Part shown: positions 41,095 through 52,098 of the stretch, piece after piece
How positions within the stretch are numbered: the stretch's first letter is position 1
How the letters are laid out: every line of letters starts with the position of its first letter
DNA from: Wickerhamiella versatilis
Lineage: Eukaryota
Direction: 5' to 3'
Assembly (NCBI GenBank): GCA_030867685.1
Contig: JAQOWU010000003.1
Location: 1,116,001 to 1,180,000 of the forward strand
Length of the DNA stretch: 64,000 nucleotides
The notes under the pieces: model-generated
Database searches by the model: none
What the model was told of the DNA's origin: nothing
Seen by the model: the letters and a program-made list of their open reading frames with translations, nothing else
Made by a program: the position numbers and the translations under genes

Positions 41095-41997
41095 ATGAGC
41101 CGGTTTTTTAAGACTCCGTTGACCGCAGAGGTCAAGTTTGACGATGAAGATAAGCGTCAGTTTATCTCATCACAGGTGAGGAATGTTTCTGATGCCCGGA
41201 GCAGTGAGTTGGCCCCACTATACGACCGTGACGAAAGTGTACGGGGTTTTGTGACGTTACGGCCTCGGGACGGACGAAAGGTGGAGCACGTAGGTGTAAA
41301 AGTTCAATTTGTAGGTCAAATTGAATTAATTAATGATAAGGGCCAGCATGACGAGTTCATTTCTCTTGCAAAGGAGATAGTAGGACCAGGCGAGATTCGA
41401 CACGCAGAAACATATAACTTTGAGTTCAGAAACGTCGAAAAACCCTATGAAAGCTACAACGGCGTGCGGGCACGCTTGCGATACTTCGTAAGGGTCATAG
41501 TATATGGCAAAAATCGCGATGTGGTCCAAGAGCGCGACATCTGGGTGCACCAATTCGAGCCAGAGAGTGAACCAAGTAGTCTAATTAACATGGACGTGGG
41601 AATAGAGGACTGTCTTCACATTGAATTCGAATATACGAAGAGCAAGTATGATCTCAATGATGTTATTGTGGGTAGGATTTATTTTCTGCTTGTTCGCCTA
41701 AAACTGAAGCATATGGAGCTACTATTGCAGCGAAAAGAAATAATAGGTACTCAGTCTGAGATAGAGACTGTTGTCCGGTTCGAAATAATGGATGGTGCTC
41801 CTGTACGTGGTGAGCAAATTCCTATTCGTCTCTATCTTGAGGGATTCAACCTCGTCCCGACAATGCGTGATGTCAACAAGAGATTCAGTGTGCGAAATTA
41901 CCTGTCTCTGGTATTGATCGATGAGGCCGGGAGAAGATATTTCAAGCAGTCGGAGATTCAGCTTTACAGAAAGTTACCAGAGGCATCCGAAGCTTAA
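41095..41997 (+). CDS. PEP8: Retromer subunit Vps26/Pep8
   Basis: KVEHVGVKVQFVG, MDVGIEDCLHIEFEY, FEIMDGAPVRGE, RRYFKQSEI. Confidence 0.95.
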   Translation: MSRFFKTPLTAEVKFDDEDKRQFISSQVRNVSDARSSELAPLYDRDESVRGFVTLRPRDGRKVEHVGVKVQFVGQIELINDKGQHDEFISLAKEIVGPGEIRHAETYNFEFRNVEKPYESYNGVRARLRYFVRVIVYGKNRDVVQERDIWVHQFEPESEPSSLINMDVGIEDCLHIEFEYTKSKYDLNDVIVGRIYFLLVRLKLKHMELLLQRKEIIGTQSEIETVVRFEIMDGAPVRGEQIPIRLYLEGFNLVPTMRDVNKRFSVRNYLSLVLIDEAGRRYFKQSEIQLYRKLPEASEA

Positions 41998-42478
41998 ATC
42001 TGAATATTTAAATTATGTTTTTATGTACTGGGTGTGATGAGTTATTCATTTGCCACTGTGAATTGTAGAAAAAGCCTTTTTATAATAGAATCTATGGATT
42101 TCTGGTGAGATGGGATAAGACTGTCAGGATATAATGTTAAATTGATCGCCATATATTTGTAAATCCCAACGATATTTACCCAGAATTAATTTTAATCCTT
42201 TTTTGGTACATGAAGTATACTTCAGGCGTATTAGACTGAATTTTCTAGGTTTCTGCAATATCAATATTTCTCAAGGTAGACTAAACAAAAAAAATACACG
42301 TTGGAGAAGGAGATTCCCTTTCTTAGACTAAGCAATCCACACGCAGAGTAGAAAACCGAGTAAACAAAAATACGAATAGAATTACTGCTAATGTTCAAAA
42401 AAAAATTCAGGACCTAATGGCGGAAGACAGATTTATCAATCAGTTCATAAAACCAGACTTCTTCAGGTTATCTAAGCA

Positions 42479-44329
42479 ATGTTCCGACGGCCCTTGGCAA
42501 GATGCCTCCAGACATTTGCGCAGCAGGCTGCGAGGGTAATACAAATCCCCCCAAATTCCCCTCAAATCATCCATGAGCAGAACGTGTTGCTGAAAAGACT
42601 TTCACAAGAACTTACTGGTGACAATTTAGACCAAGCTTTTAATGTGCATCGCAGGGCCCTTGACGATGGCAGAGTGTCTCCACAAGTCGGAACACGCTTA
42701 ATACTTGCATCTATTGCTGCTGGTGAACCTGAAAAAGGTTTGGAGACCTGGGTGCGAATGTTGGAAGCCCTCGGACAAAGGGCAAAAGTGAATAATGTTA
42801 CAGTACGACCGGACTGGGAAGCAGCACGAGTGGCAGTGCTTGCTGCCTATATTACTAGCTGTAATAAGTCAAGAATGCCTGTAGACGCTGCTGTGGCTTC
42901 CAAACTCGTCCAAGGCTCTGCATTTCCCGCTGGCCTGTCCAGCTTAGCCAACTTTCCGACACTCAATCCAGAGACTCGAAAACTCTTGAAGGATGGGTTC
43001 AGGAAACTAAGGCAACAAAGTACGGATCTTGGGAGTAGAAACCATATACTCTCTATTCTTGGTGCATCTTTTGACGAAGTTCAAGCCCTCTATGGGGATT
43101 TGACGGATAGAAAGAACATACCTGAATCTGTGTGGGCGGCATTCATAAGACGCTTCGCCGAAACAAGACAAGTTGAAAGGGCGTTTGAAACATGGAACAC
43201 AATGATGGATTCAGGCATTAATCCGACTGCGCAGTCGTGGGCAGAGCTGCTGAGGGCAGGATCTCTCGCACCCCGGCATTCTGCTGAAATAGTCGATCAA
43301 CTTTGGGAGAAAATGCGGTCACAGGGTGTGGAGCCCAACTCGACGTGCTTTGCAGTTATGATTATGTCTAGGTTTCGTGCTAGGGACATAACGGGCGCAT
43401 ACGCGTTTTGGGATCAATTAAAGGCTACTGGTAAGGTCGATACATTTTCTACCAACGTGATGGTCTCAGGATTAGTCGATGCAAATAAGGATCCAACCAA
43501 GGTGTTGGAGGATAGTCCTGCGAAGCGGGATATTGTTACATACAACACCTTGTTGCGTGCCTCTGTAGCGGCAAATGACGCACCAAGAGCTTTACAGCTA
43601 ATAGACGAAATGCGGAACAACCATATTGAACCGGATATTACTACATATGGGTTTGTGCTTGACACTCTTCTACGTGAAGCGGAGAAGGGTCATAAAAGTG
43701 CGACAAATGTTATTGGTGCCCTTCTGCAGGAAGTGAAAGCCAAAAAACTGCGCCCTTCGGCCCAGTTTTATACCATTATTACTCGTGGCATCACGCGTCT
43801 GATTGGAAATATTGACTTGACCAGACGAATATATGCCGAGATGGTTCAGGCCGGCGTTAAGCCAGCGGTGGAAACTTTGGGAGCGCTGGTAAGTGCCGAA
43901 CTGCGGCATGGCTCATTTGATATGGCATTAGGGTTTTTTGATCAGATATCGCGCCGGGGGCTTACTCCATCTCCAGCAATATATAACCAGGTCATTGATG
44001 GTGCGTTGAAGCACGATCGGGCCGATGATGCACTGGCTCTGCTTAAGAGAATGGGTGAGAACAACCGCACTTCACCCAACAAGTATACCTATATGTTTAT
44101 CTTGAGGTGTTTCACTGACAAGCATGTCGCGGCTGCAGGCCCTTACCTGAAGTTGCTTAACGCAGCAATTTCAAGCCTTGCGGATAATCCACAGCTTCTT
44201 GACTATCCTTTGGCTGTCAGGGTGCAGAAAATCGCTGATGCATTGGAAATTGTGCCCTCAGGGCTCGTGGAGGCCGCGAAACTAGCTGAGGCTAAGGGTC
44301 GCCGTCGAGGTGGCGGAAAAAATTTGTAA
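42479..44329 (+). CDS. Mitochondrial pentatricopeptide-repeat (PPR) protein
   Basis: Presequence and many 35-aa PPR motifs (DIVTYNTLL, EPDITTYG, PSPAIYNQVI, PNKYTY). Confidence 0.88.
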   Translation: MFRRPLARCLQTFAQQAARVIQIPPNSPQIIHEQNVLLKRLSQELTGDNLDQAFNVHRRALDDGRVSPQVGTRLILASIAAGEPEKGLETWVRMLEALGQRAKVNNVTVRPDWEAARVAVLAAYITSCNKSRMPVDAAVASKLVQGSAFPAGLSSLANFPTLNPETRKLLKDGFRKLRQQSTDLGSRNHILSILGASFDEVQALYGDLTDRKNIPESVWAAFIRRFAETRQVERAFETWNTMMDSGINPTAQSWAELLRAGSLAPRHSAEIVDQLWEKMRSQGVEPNSTCFAVMIMSRFRARDITGAYAFWDQLKATGKVDTFSTNVMVSGLVDANKDPTKVLEDSPAKRDIVTYNTLLRASVAANDAPRALQLIDEMRNNHIEPDITTYGFVLDTLLREAEKGHKSATNVIGALLQEVKAKKLRPSAQFYTIITRGITRLIGNIDLTRRIYAEMVQAGVKPAVETLGALVSAELRHGSFDMALGFFDQISRRGLTPSPAIYNQVIDGALKHDRADDALALLKRMGENNRTSPNKYTYMFILRCFTDKHVAAAGPYLKLLNAAISSLADNPQLLDYPLAVRVQKIADALEIVPSGLVEAAKLAEAKGRRRGGGKNL

Positions 44330-45364
44330 ATAGCTTAATGGCTTTTTCACCACTGAGTGGAATAGCCAGGACTTAGACCTATGGGCAGAGCTAAGAGTAA
44401 TACATAGTATTGCCAAGAATGACGTAGACAGCTAAAAATCTAATAATATTACGAGAAGAACAAGGAAGGACCCTCCCTATAAATAAGCCCCCCAAAAGCT
44501 AACCCTCCACATGGCCTGGGGGAATGTGTGAATCAAACTCAAATATTTAGCATGGCCAGGCTTCAATTTTTTTTGTCATATATTATTATCTAAAGAGGGG
44601 TAGAATCTTTGAATTTAGCTGCCATTGAATTTCGCTTGATGACTGATTTTTCGTGTAGCTTCCCGCATGCATTTCTAACAGTGCGTGGAGAGCAGTCACG
44701 CATTAAGGCTAGGGCTTGTTTCAATCAACCCGAAACCACCCGCTTCCAAACCCATAGCTTATCATCGTTTCGGAATAATGTATATACTTATTTTACTTTA
44801 GTTACAGAGGTAATTCAAGATTCAGGAAATGTTTCATTGCGCGAGTGCCTATGATCTTGGTGGATTTTTCTCCACGGCACAGTTAGTAAAGGGTTAGGTT
44901 CTATCGTGTCGATTCGCCAAGCATTCGTATCTCGAGTAATTGGCTAACATGATTGGGGTCTACCTGGGCATTTTGGGGTTATAATAGTAGTCCTTTTTCA
45001 TAAACTATATTAATGCTAGACAACTGGGGGGTATGAAATGAAACTCCTGCGGCGTGTCCCGGAAGTACCTGTGCACGGCCCTTCTGATTTCTCTGCTCTT
45101 CTGATGTGAGGGCTAGGGCGAAAAGTCGCATAGTTCCGCTAGAGACAATAAACTACCAACTTATGAAAGAGACAGCTCAATGGCACAAATTAATTGCTGA
45201 TAAGTTTCATAAATATAATGGCAAATCTATCAGAAACATTTCAAAACGGTCAGCTCGATACATGTGGGTAAGGGGTACAGAGCTTGCACGAGTGTCGCGA
45301 ATAGAGGGAGGTAAACCTTAGGTCATTACAAAAACGACTGGTTCCCATGTGGAGTGTTTGACAA

Positions 45365-46861
45365 ATGATAAGTGGTATGCCTTCACCAAGGTCCCCAAGG
45401 CATGAATCGTCGCATAGTCTGGGGCCACCCACACCTTATGGATCGATTCAACCAGTGGAGCCATATCCAGCATTAGCAGAATCCAAAAACGAAAGAGTAG
45501 GAAGTTTGCCAGGGATATCGAGTTTTTTCCGTAATGTAAAGGAGGGGCAAGAATTTAATTCATCCAGTGCACCCCCAATACTTCCGCCACCCCGAGATGT
45601 TCGAATAGTAAACCGGTCGCCGGCACCAGAGGTAATCTTTGGACCCCGACCGCCGATGAAGCATCCCGAGGAACCGATGCAAAACATATCATATCACCAT
45701 CCTGGCGCATATTATCGGGATACGTCTTGGTTTCCCATTCCTGGCCAGCCAATGAATCGACCGCCTCCCCCGACACCGCCGGTCCAGGCACCACCACTCG
45801 CTGCAACGTACGTATCGTTGGCCGCACATCCACAAGCATATCATCCTAACCATCATCATCATCGACATGCATCAACAGGGCCTGTGCTTTACCGGGCGCC
45901 TACATACGTTCCCGTAGCACCTCAGGAGATTAAGCGTCGTACAAAGACAGGTTGTCTAACGTGTCGTAAAAGAAGAATAAAGTGCGACGAGCAGCACCCA
46001 ATTTGTAAGAATTGTGCCAAGTCGGAACGTATCTGCCTTGGTTATGATCCCATATTAGGTCCAGGGCGGGCCCAAAGGGCCCGTGCTGTCCAATTGAGGC
46101 GTGGAATAGTGCGCCGGATGCATATTGGGCATTTGGTTGAACCCAATAATCGCCTAGACTGCACGACCTGGAGCGCAGTCGCGGATTTATTCCTGGAAAA
46201 AATGGCGGGCCCGCTTGATAAGTTATTAGGGTCCCAAAGGCTCACAAAAATAGGCCGCAAAGTTCGGGAAAGAATATCTTCCCCAGAACGCATCAATCGG
46301 GTGGCTGGTGAATTAGAGGCAATGAGACAGCTCCTGAGCATGGCATTTGGTGAGGTTATCGACTTTGGCGACCTGGATATGCTTGAGATGAGTACAGCAT
46401 TTGAAAAGCTGCGAATGACAGATGACTATATCCTACTCAGGGCCATCAGTGAGGCCTTGGTACAGCAAGATGGTCAATTCCTACCCGTGCCGTCCTCGGC
46501 TGATGATGTCTTACTCCAGAGACTCTACGTTTTGAACCGCTTGCTTTACCAAGTGCCAAAACCGGGTGGGGGCCCTGTACCTGATGACCTCTTGAACAAA
46601 GTAATAGCGGCACCAGTGCTCACTGATGAAGTTTGGGCACTAGCTCGCGAAGTGTCACAGGGAGGCAGGTTGACCGAAGCCCAGGCTGGTCCCCTCTTGG
46701 CTCAGTTCACCGCTTCCCCCAGAACAACCTCTGTGGTTGTTTTACTCACTGTCAATGCGGGGTCAGACGCACGTCCTGAGATCCTTCGGGCCACCTCTCA
46801 GATATCCCTTGACCCCGTATTTGAAGCGATTTTAGAAATTGGGCTCGCCAATGTCTCTTAG
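45365..46861 (+). CDS. Zn(II)2Cys6 transcription factor
   Basis: [37 protein letters not shown]; Pro/His-rich N-terminus; about 1-kb upstream intergenic region. Confidence 0.9.
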   Translation: MISGMPSPRSPRHESSHSLGPPTPYGSIQPVEPYPALAESKNERVGSLPGISSFFRNVKEGQEFNSSSAPPILPPPRDVRIVNRSPAPEVIFGPRPPMKHPEEPMQNISYHHPGAYYRDTSWFPIPGQPMNRPPPPTPPVQAPPLAATYVSLAAHPQAYHPNHHHHRHASTGPVLYRAPTYVPVAPQEIKRRTKTGCLTCRKRRIKCDEQHPICKNCAKSERICLGYDPILGPGRAQRARAVQLRRGIVRRMHIGHLVEPNNRLDCTTWSAVADLFLEKMAGPLDKLLGSQRLTKIGRKVRERISSPERINRVAGELEAMRQLLSMAFGEVIDFGDLDMLEMSTAFEKLRMTDDYILLRAISEALVQQDGQFLPVPSSADDVLLQRLYVLNRLLYQVPKPGGGPVPDDLLNKVIAAPVLTDEVWALAREVSQGGRLTEAQAGPLLAQFTASPRTTSVVVLLTVNAGSDARPEILRATSQISLDPVFEAILEIGLANVS

Positions 46862-47397
46862 TGCCCGTTATTTATTAATGATTAGTCTTCCTGGAACAAG
46901 CACGTAATGATTGTTGTATAGCTACTCCTCCTCTACTCCCCCTCTACTTCGACGCGGGATATACGCTAAGACTTTTAGGATACGATTCTCCGAGGTACAT
47001 AAGCCGCAGCCCTAATACTACTATACTTGTACCTATACCCACATCTGACACCTTCACCTTCACCTTCACCTATGCCTATATCTATATATATCCGCTGAGT
47101 AAACTCTTTTTTCGGTATGCCGGCTGAGACCCGGAGGCAGAAGTGAACTTTAATGACAGTAGATAGATATGAAATGAATATAGGAGGGACAAATAAGGCT
47201 TTATGTGTATATTTTGAGTTTAGGAATTCTCTTCAGGTCATTGCCATTGCTCTGGCTATTGCGCTATGGAACTCAGCCCCTTGTTGCTGACTGAGATACG
47301 CGAGGGTTCGGGCACACTCAAATTACAAAGTCATGAAACTCCCAGATACCCCTATCCCTTGATTTCTTTTTAGAACTGGAACTCTCGTGGTAGTCCT

Positions 47398-49260
47398 ATG
47401 AGAACGATTACTGGCTCAGGCAGAGGTTCCAGCCGGAATTACCAGTCTCTTCCGGGGGAGCCCAGCGATCAGACGTCAAATCCGTTTGCCAGTTCCAGTG
47501 AAAGGTCTTCTGGAGAAGACACCGAGAGCTACAAGTCTGGAACTAGTGGACGAGTGGTTTCTGGTGGATTCGACAGGTATCCACAGAGCACAACTCGGGG
47601 AGCTTCGCTTCTCGCACCACCGGCAGCATCCGGATCTTCCAGAGCAATGTCTATGTCCTCGGTGGATGAAACTGATCCATTTCTGAGCACCAATGAGTTC
47701 AGCCCGTTTGGTGGATATCCAGCGTCAGAGTTCCCGTTGAAGCTCGACGAGAAAGAGGCTGACGACTATTTGCATAATCCAGATCCTATTGTGGACGCAG
47801 CAGACGAGCGAAAGTGCCACAAACTTGATGCGCGCGGGTGGGGCTGTCTTGTTGCATTCCTACTTCTACTCGCCGGATTTATCGTTGTATTTATCGTGCT
47901 CCCTATATTGGACTTCACTGGTCCGGCCCAGAGGACACCAGCTCCGAACCAGATTTCCCGGTTGTCGCCCTACACCTACGGCAGGCTAAAGGGGTTGCGT
48001 AAAGTGATCGACGACGACACACCAGATGAAGTGAAGTCACGCGTGTCTCCTGTTACCGGCAAAAATATGTCATTGGTGTTCAGCGATGAGTTCAATGTGG
48101 AGGGTAGAACTTTTTATAGTGGCGATGATCCTTTCTGGGAAGCACCAGATTTCTGGTATGGTGCAGCAACTGAGGATTTGGAGTGGTATAGCCCTGATGC
48201 GGCTTGGACTGAGAACGGAACCCTTCATATTCGTCTGGATGCTTATAAGAACCACAATCTGAATTACAGGTCGGCTATGATTCAGTCTTGGAATAAACTA
48301 TGCTATTCGCAAGGGTACATAGAGTTTGGTGTCCGGCTTGGAGGTAGTGGTCAGATCCTTGGTCTCTGGCCTGGTATATGGACAATGGGTAACCTGGGGC
48401 GTCCTGGATTTCTGGCGTCTACGCAGGGTGTTTGGCCATACAGTTATCAAGCGTGTGACGCGGGAATCACCCCTAATCAGAGTGCTCATGATGGTATTTC
48501 TTATCTCCCTGGCCAAAGGCTTAGTAGCTGTACCTGTAAAGGGGAGGATCATCCTTCGCCAGGTCATGGACGTGGAGCTCCAGAAATTGATGTGATTGAA
48601 GGTACTGTCAATGATAAAAAACAACTTGATGGAAAAGAAATTCCTGCATCTGGTGTAGCATCGCAGTCGTTGCAGGTCGCTCCTATGGATATCTGGTGGA
48701 TGGTTGATTACGATTTCATCGAGATCACCAACCTGAGTGTTACACAGATGAATACATGGAATGGTGGTCCTTTCCAACAAACTGTTTCGGGTACTACTTA
48801 TCTTAATCCGGCGTGGTATGATCAATCGGAAGAGAGGGCATTCCAGAGGTACGGCCTTGAAGTCAACAACAATGAAACTGATGGATACATATCTTGGTAT
48901 GTGGGTGATAAACCATCCTACACGATGTATGCAGGTGCTCTCGCCCCAAATGGCAATGTGGATCAGCGTACTATTTCTAAGGAGCCCATGTCGATCATCA
49001 TGAACTTGGGTATTTCCTCGAACTGGGTTTATATCGATTATGCAGACCTGGTATTCCCCACAGTGCAAGAAATTGATTATGTCCGTATATATCAGGAGGA
49101 AGGACGGGAATCTTTGACCTGCGATCCTCCTGGCTACGAGACCACGGGATATATCCAGGATCACATAAAGGCATATTTGAATCCGAACCTGACTTCCTGG
49201 AGCGATGCAGGATACGATTGGCCTAAAAACAGTCTTATGGACGGTTGTCAATCAGCGTAG
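47398..49260 (+). CDS. KRE6: Beta-1,6-glucan synthesis protein Kre6/Skn1 (GH16)
   Basis: LVFSDEFN, QSWNKLC, LWPGIWTMGNLGRPG, GRGAPEIDVIEG, IDYVRIYQ. Confidence 0.93.
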   Translation: MRTITGSGRGSSRNYQSLPGEPSDQTSNPFASSSERSSGEDTESYKSGTSGRVVSGGFDRYPQSTTRGASLLAPPAASGSSRAMSMSSVDETDPFLSTNEFSPFGGYPASEFPLKLDEKEADDYLHNPDPIVDAADERKCHKLDARGWGCLVAFLLLLAGFIVVFIVLPILDFTGPAQRTPAPNQISRLSPYTYGRLKGLRKVIDDDTPDEVKSRVSPVTGKNMSLVFSDEFNVEGRTFYSGDDPFWEAPDFWYGAATEDLEWYSPDAAWTENGTLHIRLDAYKNHNLNYRSAMIQSWNKLCYSQGYIEFGVRLGGSGQILGLWPGIWTMGNLGRPGFLASTQGVWPYSYQACDAGITPNQSAHDGISYLPGQRLSSCTCKGEDHPSPGHGRGAPEIDVIEGTVNDKKQLDGKEIPASGVASQSLQVAPMDIWWMVDYDFIEITNLSVTQMNTWNGGPFQQTVSGTTYLNPAWYDQSEERAFQRYGLEVNNNETDGYISWYVGDKPSYTMYAGALAPNGNVDQRTISKEPMSIIMNLGISSNWVYIDYADLVFPTVQEIDYVRIYQEEGRESLTCDPPGYETTGYIQDHIKAYLNPNLTSWSDAGYDWPKNSLMDGCQSA

Positions 49261-49490
49261 CTTTTTTTGTAATATTTAAGCAATTTGTAGAAAGGAGCTA
49301 ATGCTCCATGAAATTAACCTATTTTATCATTACTTGATCCGACCGATATATCACAAAAAAAAATCATAAAAATTAAAACGTTATAAACTGCATGGCGTTT
49401 TTTGACCAGATATTCTCAACATCGGAGACCATATGGCAGACTTAAATCTAGCTGTGAATCTGGTTATTAATCTTTAACCAGTTTGCCACA

Positions 49491-50219
49491 ATGTTGCGAC
49501 CCCTGAGTAGACCTTTCACACATGCTCTCCGTGTCCAGAAATGGACATCAGTGCGCAATTTATTCATACAAACTGCGTCTACTCCAAATGAAGATGCTCT
49601 GAAGTTTCTACCCAGCCATGATGTGCTTGGTAAAGGTACCGGGACAGTCGAGTTCTTAAACGGTCGAGACGCTCATTCCTCCCCGCTAGCTCGTAAGCTG
49701 TTTGGTGTGGACGGGGTCCGTGGAGTCATGTTTGGTCCTGATTTCATAACTGTCGAAAAAGATGCCGAGGATAAGTGGCCAGTTCTGAAGCCTGAAATTT
49801 TCAGCCTCCTTACGGAACACTTTTCCAGCGGTGCGCCAGTAATAATGGAGGGGACTGAGGCCCATGAGGATACCCAGTACAATCAAGATGACAGTGAGGC
49901 GGTTTCAATGATCAAGGAGCTCATTGATACAAGGATCCGGCCAGCGATTCAAGAGGACGGTGGTGATATTGCATATAGAGGGTTCACTGATGATGGTATC
50001 GTCCTGCTCAAGCTTCAAGGTGCATGCCGCTCTTGTGATTCCTCTTCAGTGACTCTGAAGAATGGCATTGAGTCCATGCTTATGCACTATGTTGAGGAGG
50101 TGAATGGCGTTGAGCAAGTTCTTGACAAAGAAGAGCAAGTTGGGTTGGAAGAGTTCCAGAAACTTGAGAAGAGAATCGAACAACAGCACGAAAAAGAAGA
50201 CGTTGCTCCTTCTCTATAA
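49491..50219 (+). CDS. NFU1: Mitochondrial Fe-S cluster carrier Nfu1
   Basis: FIQTASTPNEDALKF, IRPAIQEDGGDI, GACRSC. Confidence 0.96.
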   Translation: MLRPLSRPFTHALRVQKWTSVRNLFIQTASTPNEDALKFLPSHDVLGKGTGTVEFLNGRDAHSSPLARKLFGVDGVRGVMFGPDFITVEKDAEDKWPVLKPEIFSLLTEHFSSGAPVIMEGTEAHEDTQYNQDDSEAVSMIKELIDTRIRPAIQEDGGDIAYRGFTDDGIVLLKLQGACRSCDSSSVTLKNGIESMLMHYVEEVNGVEQVLDKEEQVGLEEFQKLEKRIEQQHEKEDVAPSL

Positions 50220-50329
50220 CCGCCTACATAACATATTGGACATCATATAAAGATAGACGTACATATATTCGAGTGCATCCTACTCATTTAAACCTTTTTC
50301 CCTAATCTCTTAAATATTCGAGTACTCTA

Positions 50330-51880
50330 CTAGTGCCTTTGGCTGATCCAGTCGTCATATGCATCACAGGCTTGTGATATCCGGAGTTCTAGCACTGGTT
50401 CATCGTCAATCCATCGCATCAATTCGTCATTTGTCTTCTGCAATAATAGTCCAGTGACATGTGAAGCTCTCTCAGTATCACCTACCTTGGGGTGCAGCAT
50501 CACTCGTGGGTATAGTGCTTCACCAATTACCTGTTTCTCTGCCGCAGGGTCCTGGGCTGATGCGACGGCAGCAGCCAGGGTGGGCAATGGTTGCTGGGTA
50601 ACTGGCGCTGGAGATGCATTTTGAGAAAAGGCAGAAGCTCCTGGTACAGTGGTAGGATACGCCCAAGGAGTCGAGGCTGCAGCAGTTGTATAGCCATAGG
50701 GTGGCATGGCCATGTACCACATTTGAGGTGGTACCATTGAACCAGGCTGTGTCGGTCTCCATCGCGAGCGATCCCTTCGTTGTGCTCTCGCAACATATAG
50801 CGTAGAGCCCCAGATGTTCTTATTGTGCATTTCTGCTATTGCAGTGTCTGCATCCTCTGGCTTTTCAAAGCACACAAAACCGAATCCCTTGGAATTACCT
50901 CTACTATCCAGCATCACTCTGGCACTCACGACTTTGCCGAAACGCCGGAACTCCCGGGCCAACTGTTCATCGGTTATCTGCGAATCAAAATCACGAATAT
51001 ATAAGTTTGTAGATTCGTCTTCCTCCTGGGAAGACTGGTGCGAGTTTCTGTGCGCCCGTGCGACGCGCAATCGACGTCCATCAACCTCTGCGCCGTTCAG
51101 TTCATCAATTGCTCTTTGTGCTGCCGCCGCATCATGATATTTTACAAAACCAAAACCACGTGCAACTCCCAGCTCATTGAGAGGCATACTATAGCTCTCG
51201 AGTTGACCGAACTGGGCAAAAAGCTCATAAAAAGTAGATTCCAATGTTTGTGGGCTAATGCCCTTGACAAACAAATTCGACGGGTTCTCATTATTTTCTT
51301 CCGCGGAGAGCTTTGCAAGTCGTTCCTGGCGCGGTAAGTTTTGACCAACAAAAAGCTTGCGACGACTTTCCCCGAACGGTTGTCCATTCATTGATGTGAT
51401 AGCCCGCTCTGAGGACTCCTCATCCCTGTAAGTCACATACGCGAATCCTCGTGGAATACCTAGCTCATTTAGAGCAATTCGGCACGTGAGTATCTCACCA
51501 TACTGACTGAAATACGAATAGAGCTCTGGAGCGGTAGTTTGTGGATCTAAATTCTTTATGAAAATACCATGGCCCTCGATTTTGGGTGGGCGAACAAATG
51601 CGGCTTTCCCTGGGAAAGGTACAACACGGCATAGCGCCTGATTGACAAAAACACGACCACCGATTTCTCTCAATGCCTCCGCGGCATCCTCTGCCGTTTC
51701 AAAGTTCACATATGCGTGGCCCATGTTGCGTTGCCGCATCTGGTCCAGGGGAACACGTATACTTCGAATCGCTGGAGCTGACCGTAAGTTGCCAAATTCA
51801 GCCTCTACATGTGGTTCTGCGACCAATGGGTCAATGTCACACACGTATAAGACCTTCGTAGTCGCCTCCTCGCGCGTCAT
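50330..51880 (-). CDS. Divergent poly(A)-binding protein paralog (4 RRMs plus MLLE/PABC)
   Basis: Four RNP1/RNP2 sets, SKGFGFVCF, and C-terminal KQVIGEALYP...VTGLLL. First ATG at 51880. Confidence 0.85.
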   Translation of the reverse strand: MTREEATTKVLYVCDIDPLVAEPHVEAEFGNLRSAPAIRSIRVPLDQMRQRNMGHAYVNFETAEDAAEALREIGGRVFVNQALCRVVPFPGKAAFVRPPKIEGHGIFIKNLDPQTTAPELYSYFSQYGEILTCRIALNELGIPRGFAYVTYRDEESSERAITSMNGQPFGESRRKLFVGQNLPRQERLAKLSAEENNENPSNLFVKGISPQTLESTFYELFAQFGQLESYSMPLNELGVARGFGFVKYHDAAAAQRAIDELNGAEVDGRRLRVARAHRNSHQSSQEEDESTNLYIRDFDSQITDEQLAREFRRFGKVVSARVMLDSRGNSKGFGFVCFEKPEDADTAIAEMHNKNIWGSTLYVARAQRRDRSRWRPTQPGSMVPPQMWYMAMPPYGYTTAAASTPWAYPTTVPGASAFSQNASPAPVTQQPLPTLAAAVASAQDPAAEKQVIGEALYPRVMLHPKVGDTERASHVTGLLLQKTNDELMRWIDDEPVLELRISQACDAYDDWISQRH

Positions 51881-52098
51881 TCGCGCCTCGCTCGGAAGCA
51901 CCTGTGTTGATGATTAATACAGAACAGTTTCGGGAAACAACCAGGGCTTAATACTAGCTATGATCTCGATCTGTCGAGGCACGCGTAATCACGACTGGGC
52001 ACGGTTGAAATGCTTATTTTACTTCTATTAGGCTATGAGAGAGTAGATCGATCTAGGTTTTAATTCGTTGCTTACGCTTGATTCAGGGGTCATATGCA

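Noticed and set aside
42034-42240. GTGATGA box C-like motif (possible C/D snoRNA)
   Set aside because: No suitably spaced CTGA or terminal stem, and no recognisable rRNA guide.
47051-47090. (CCTTCA)3 and TA-rich microsatellite; also the (CA)n run near 15716-15727
   Set aside because: Short simple repeats of ordinary kind.
48298-49251. 317-aa antisense ORF inside KRE6 (similar antisense or alternate-frame ORFs lie within GUA1, CYC8, DIS3 and SUP45)
   Set aside because: Shadow of a conserved coding frame, with no recognisable domain.
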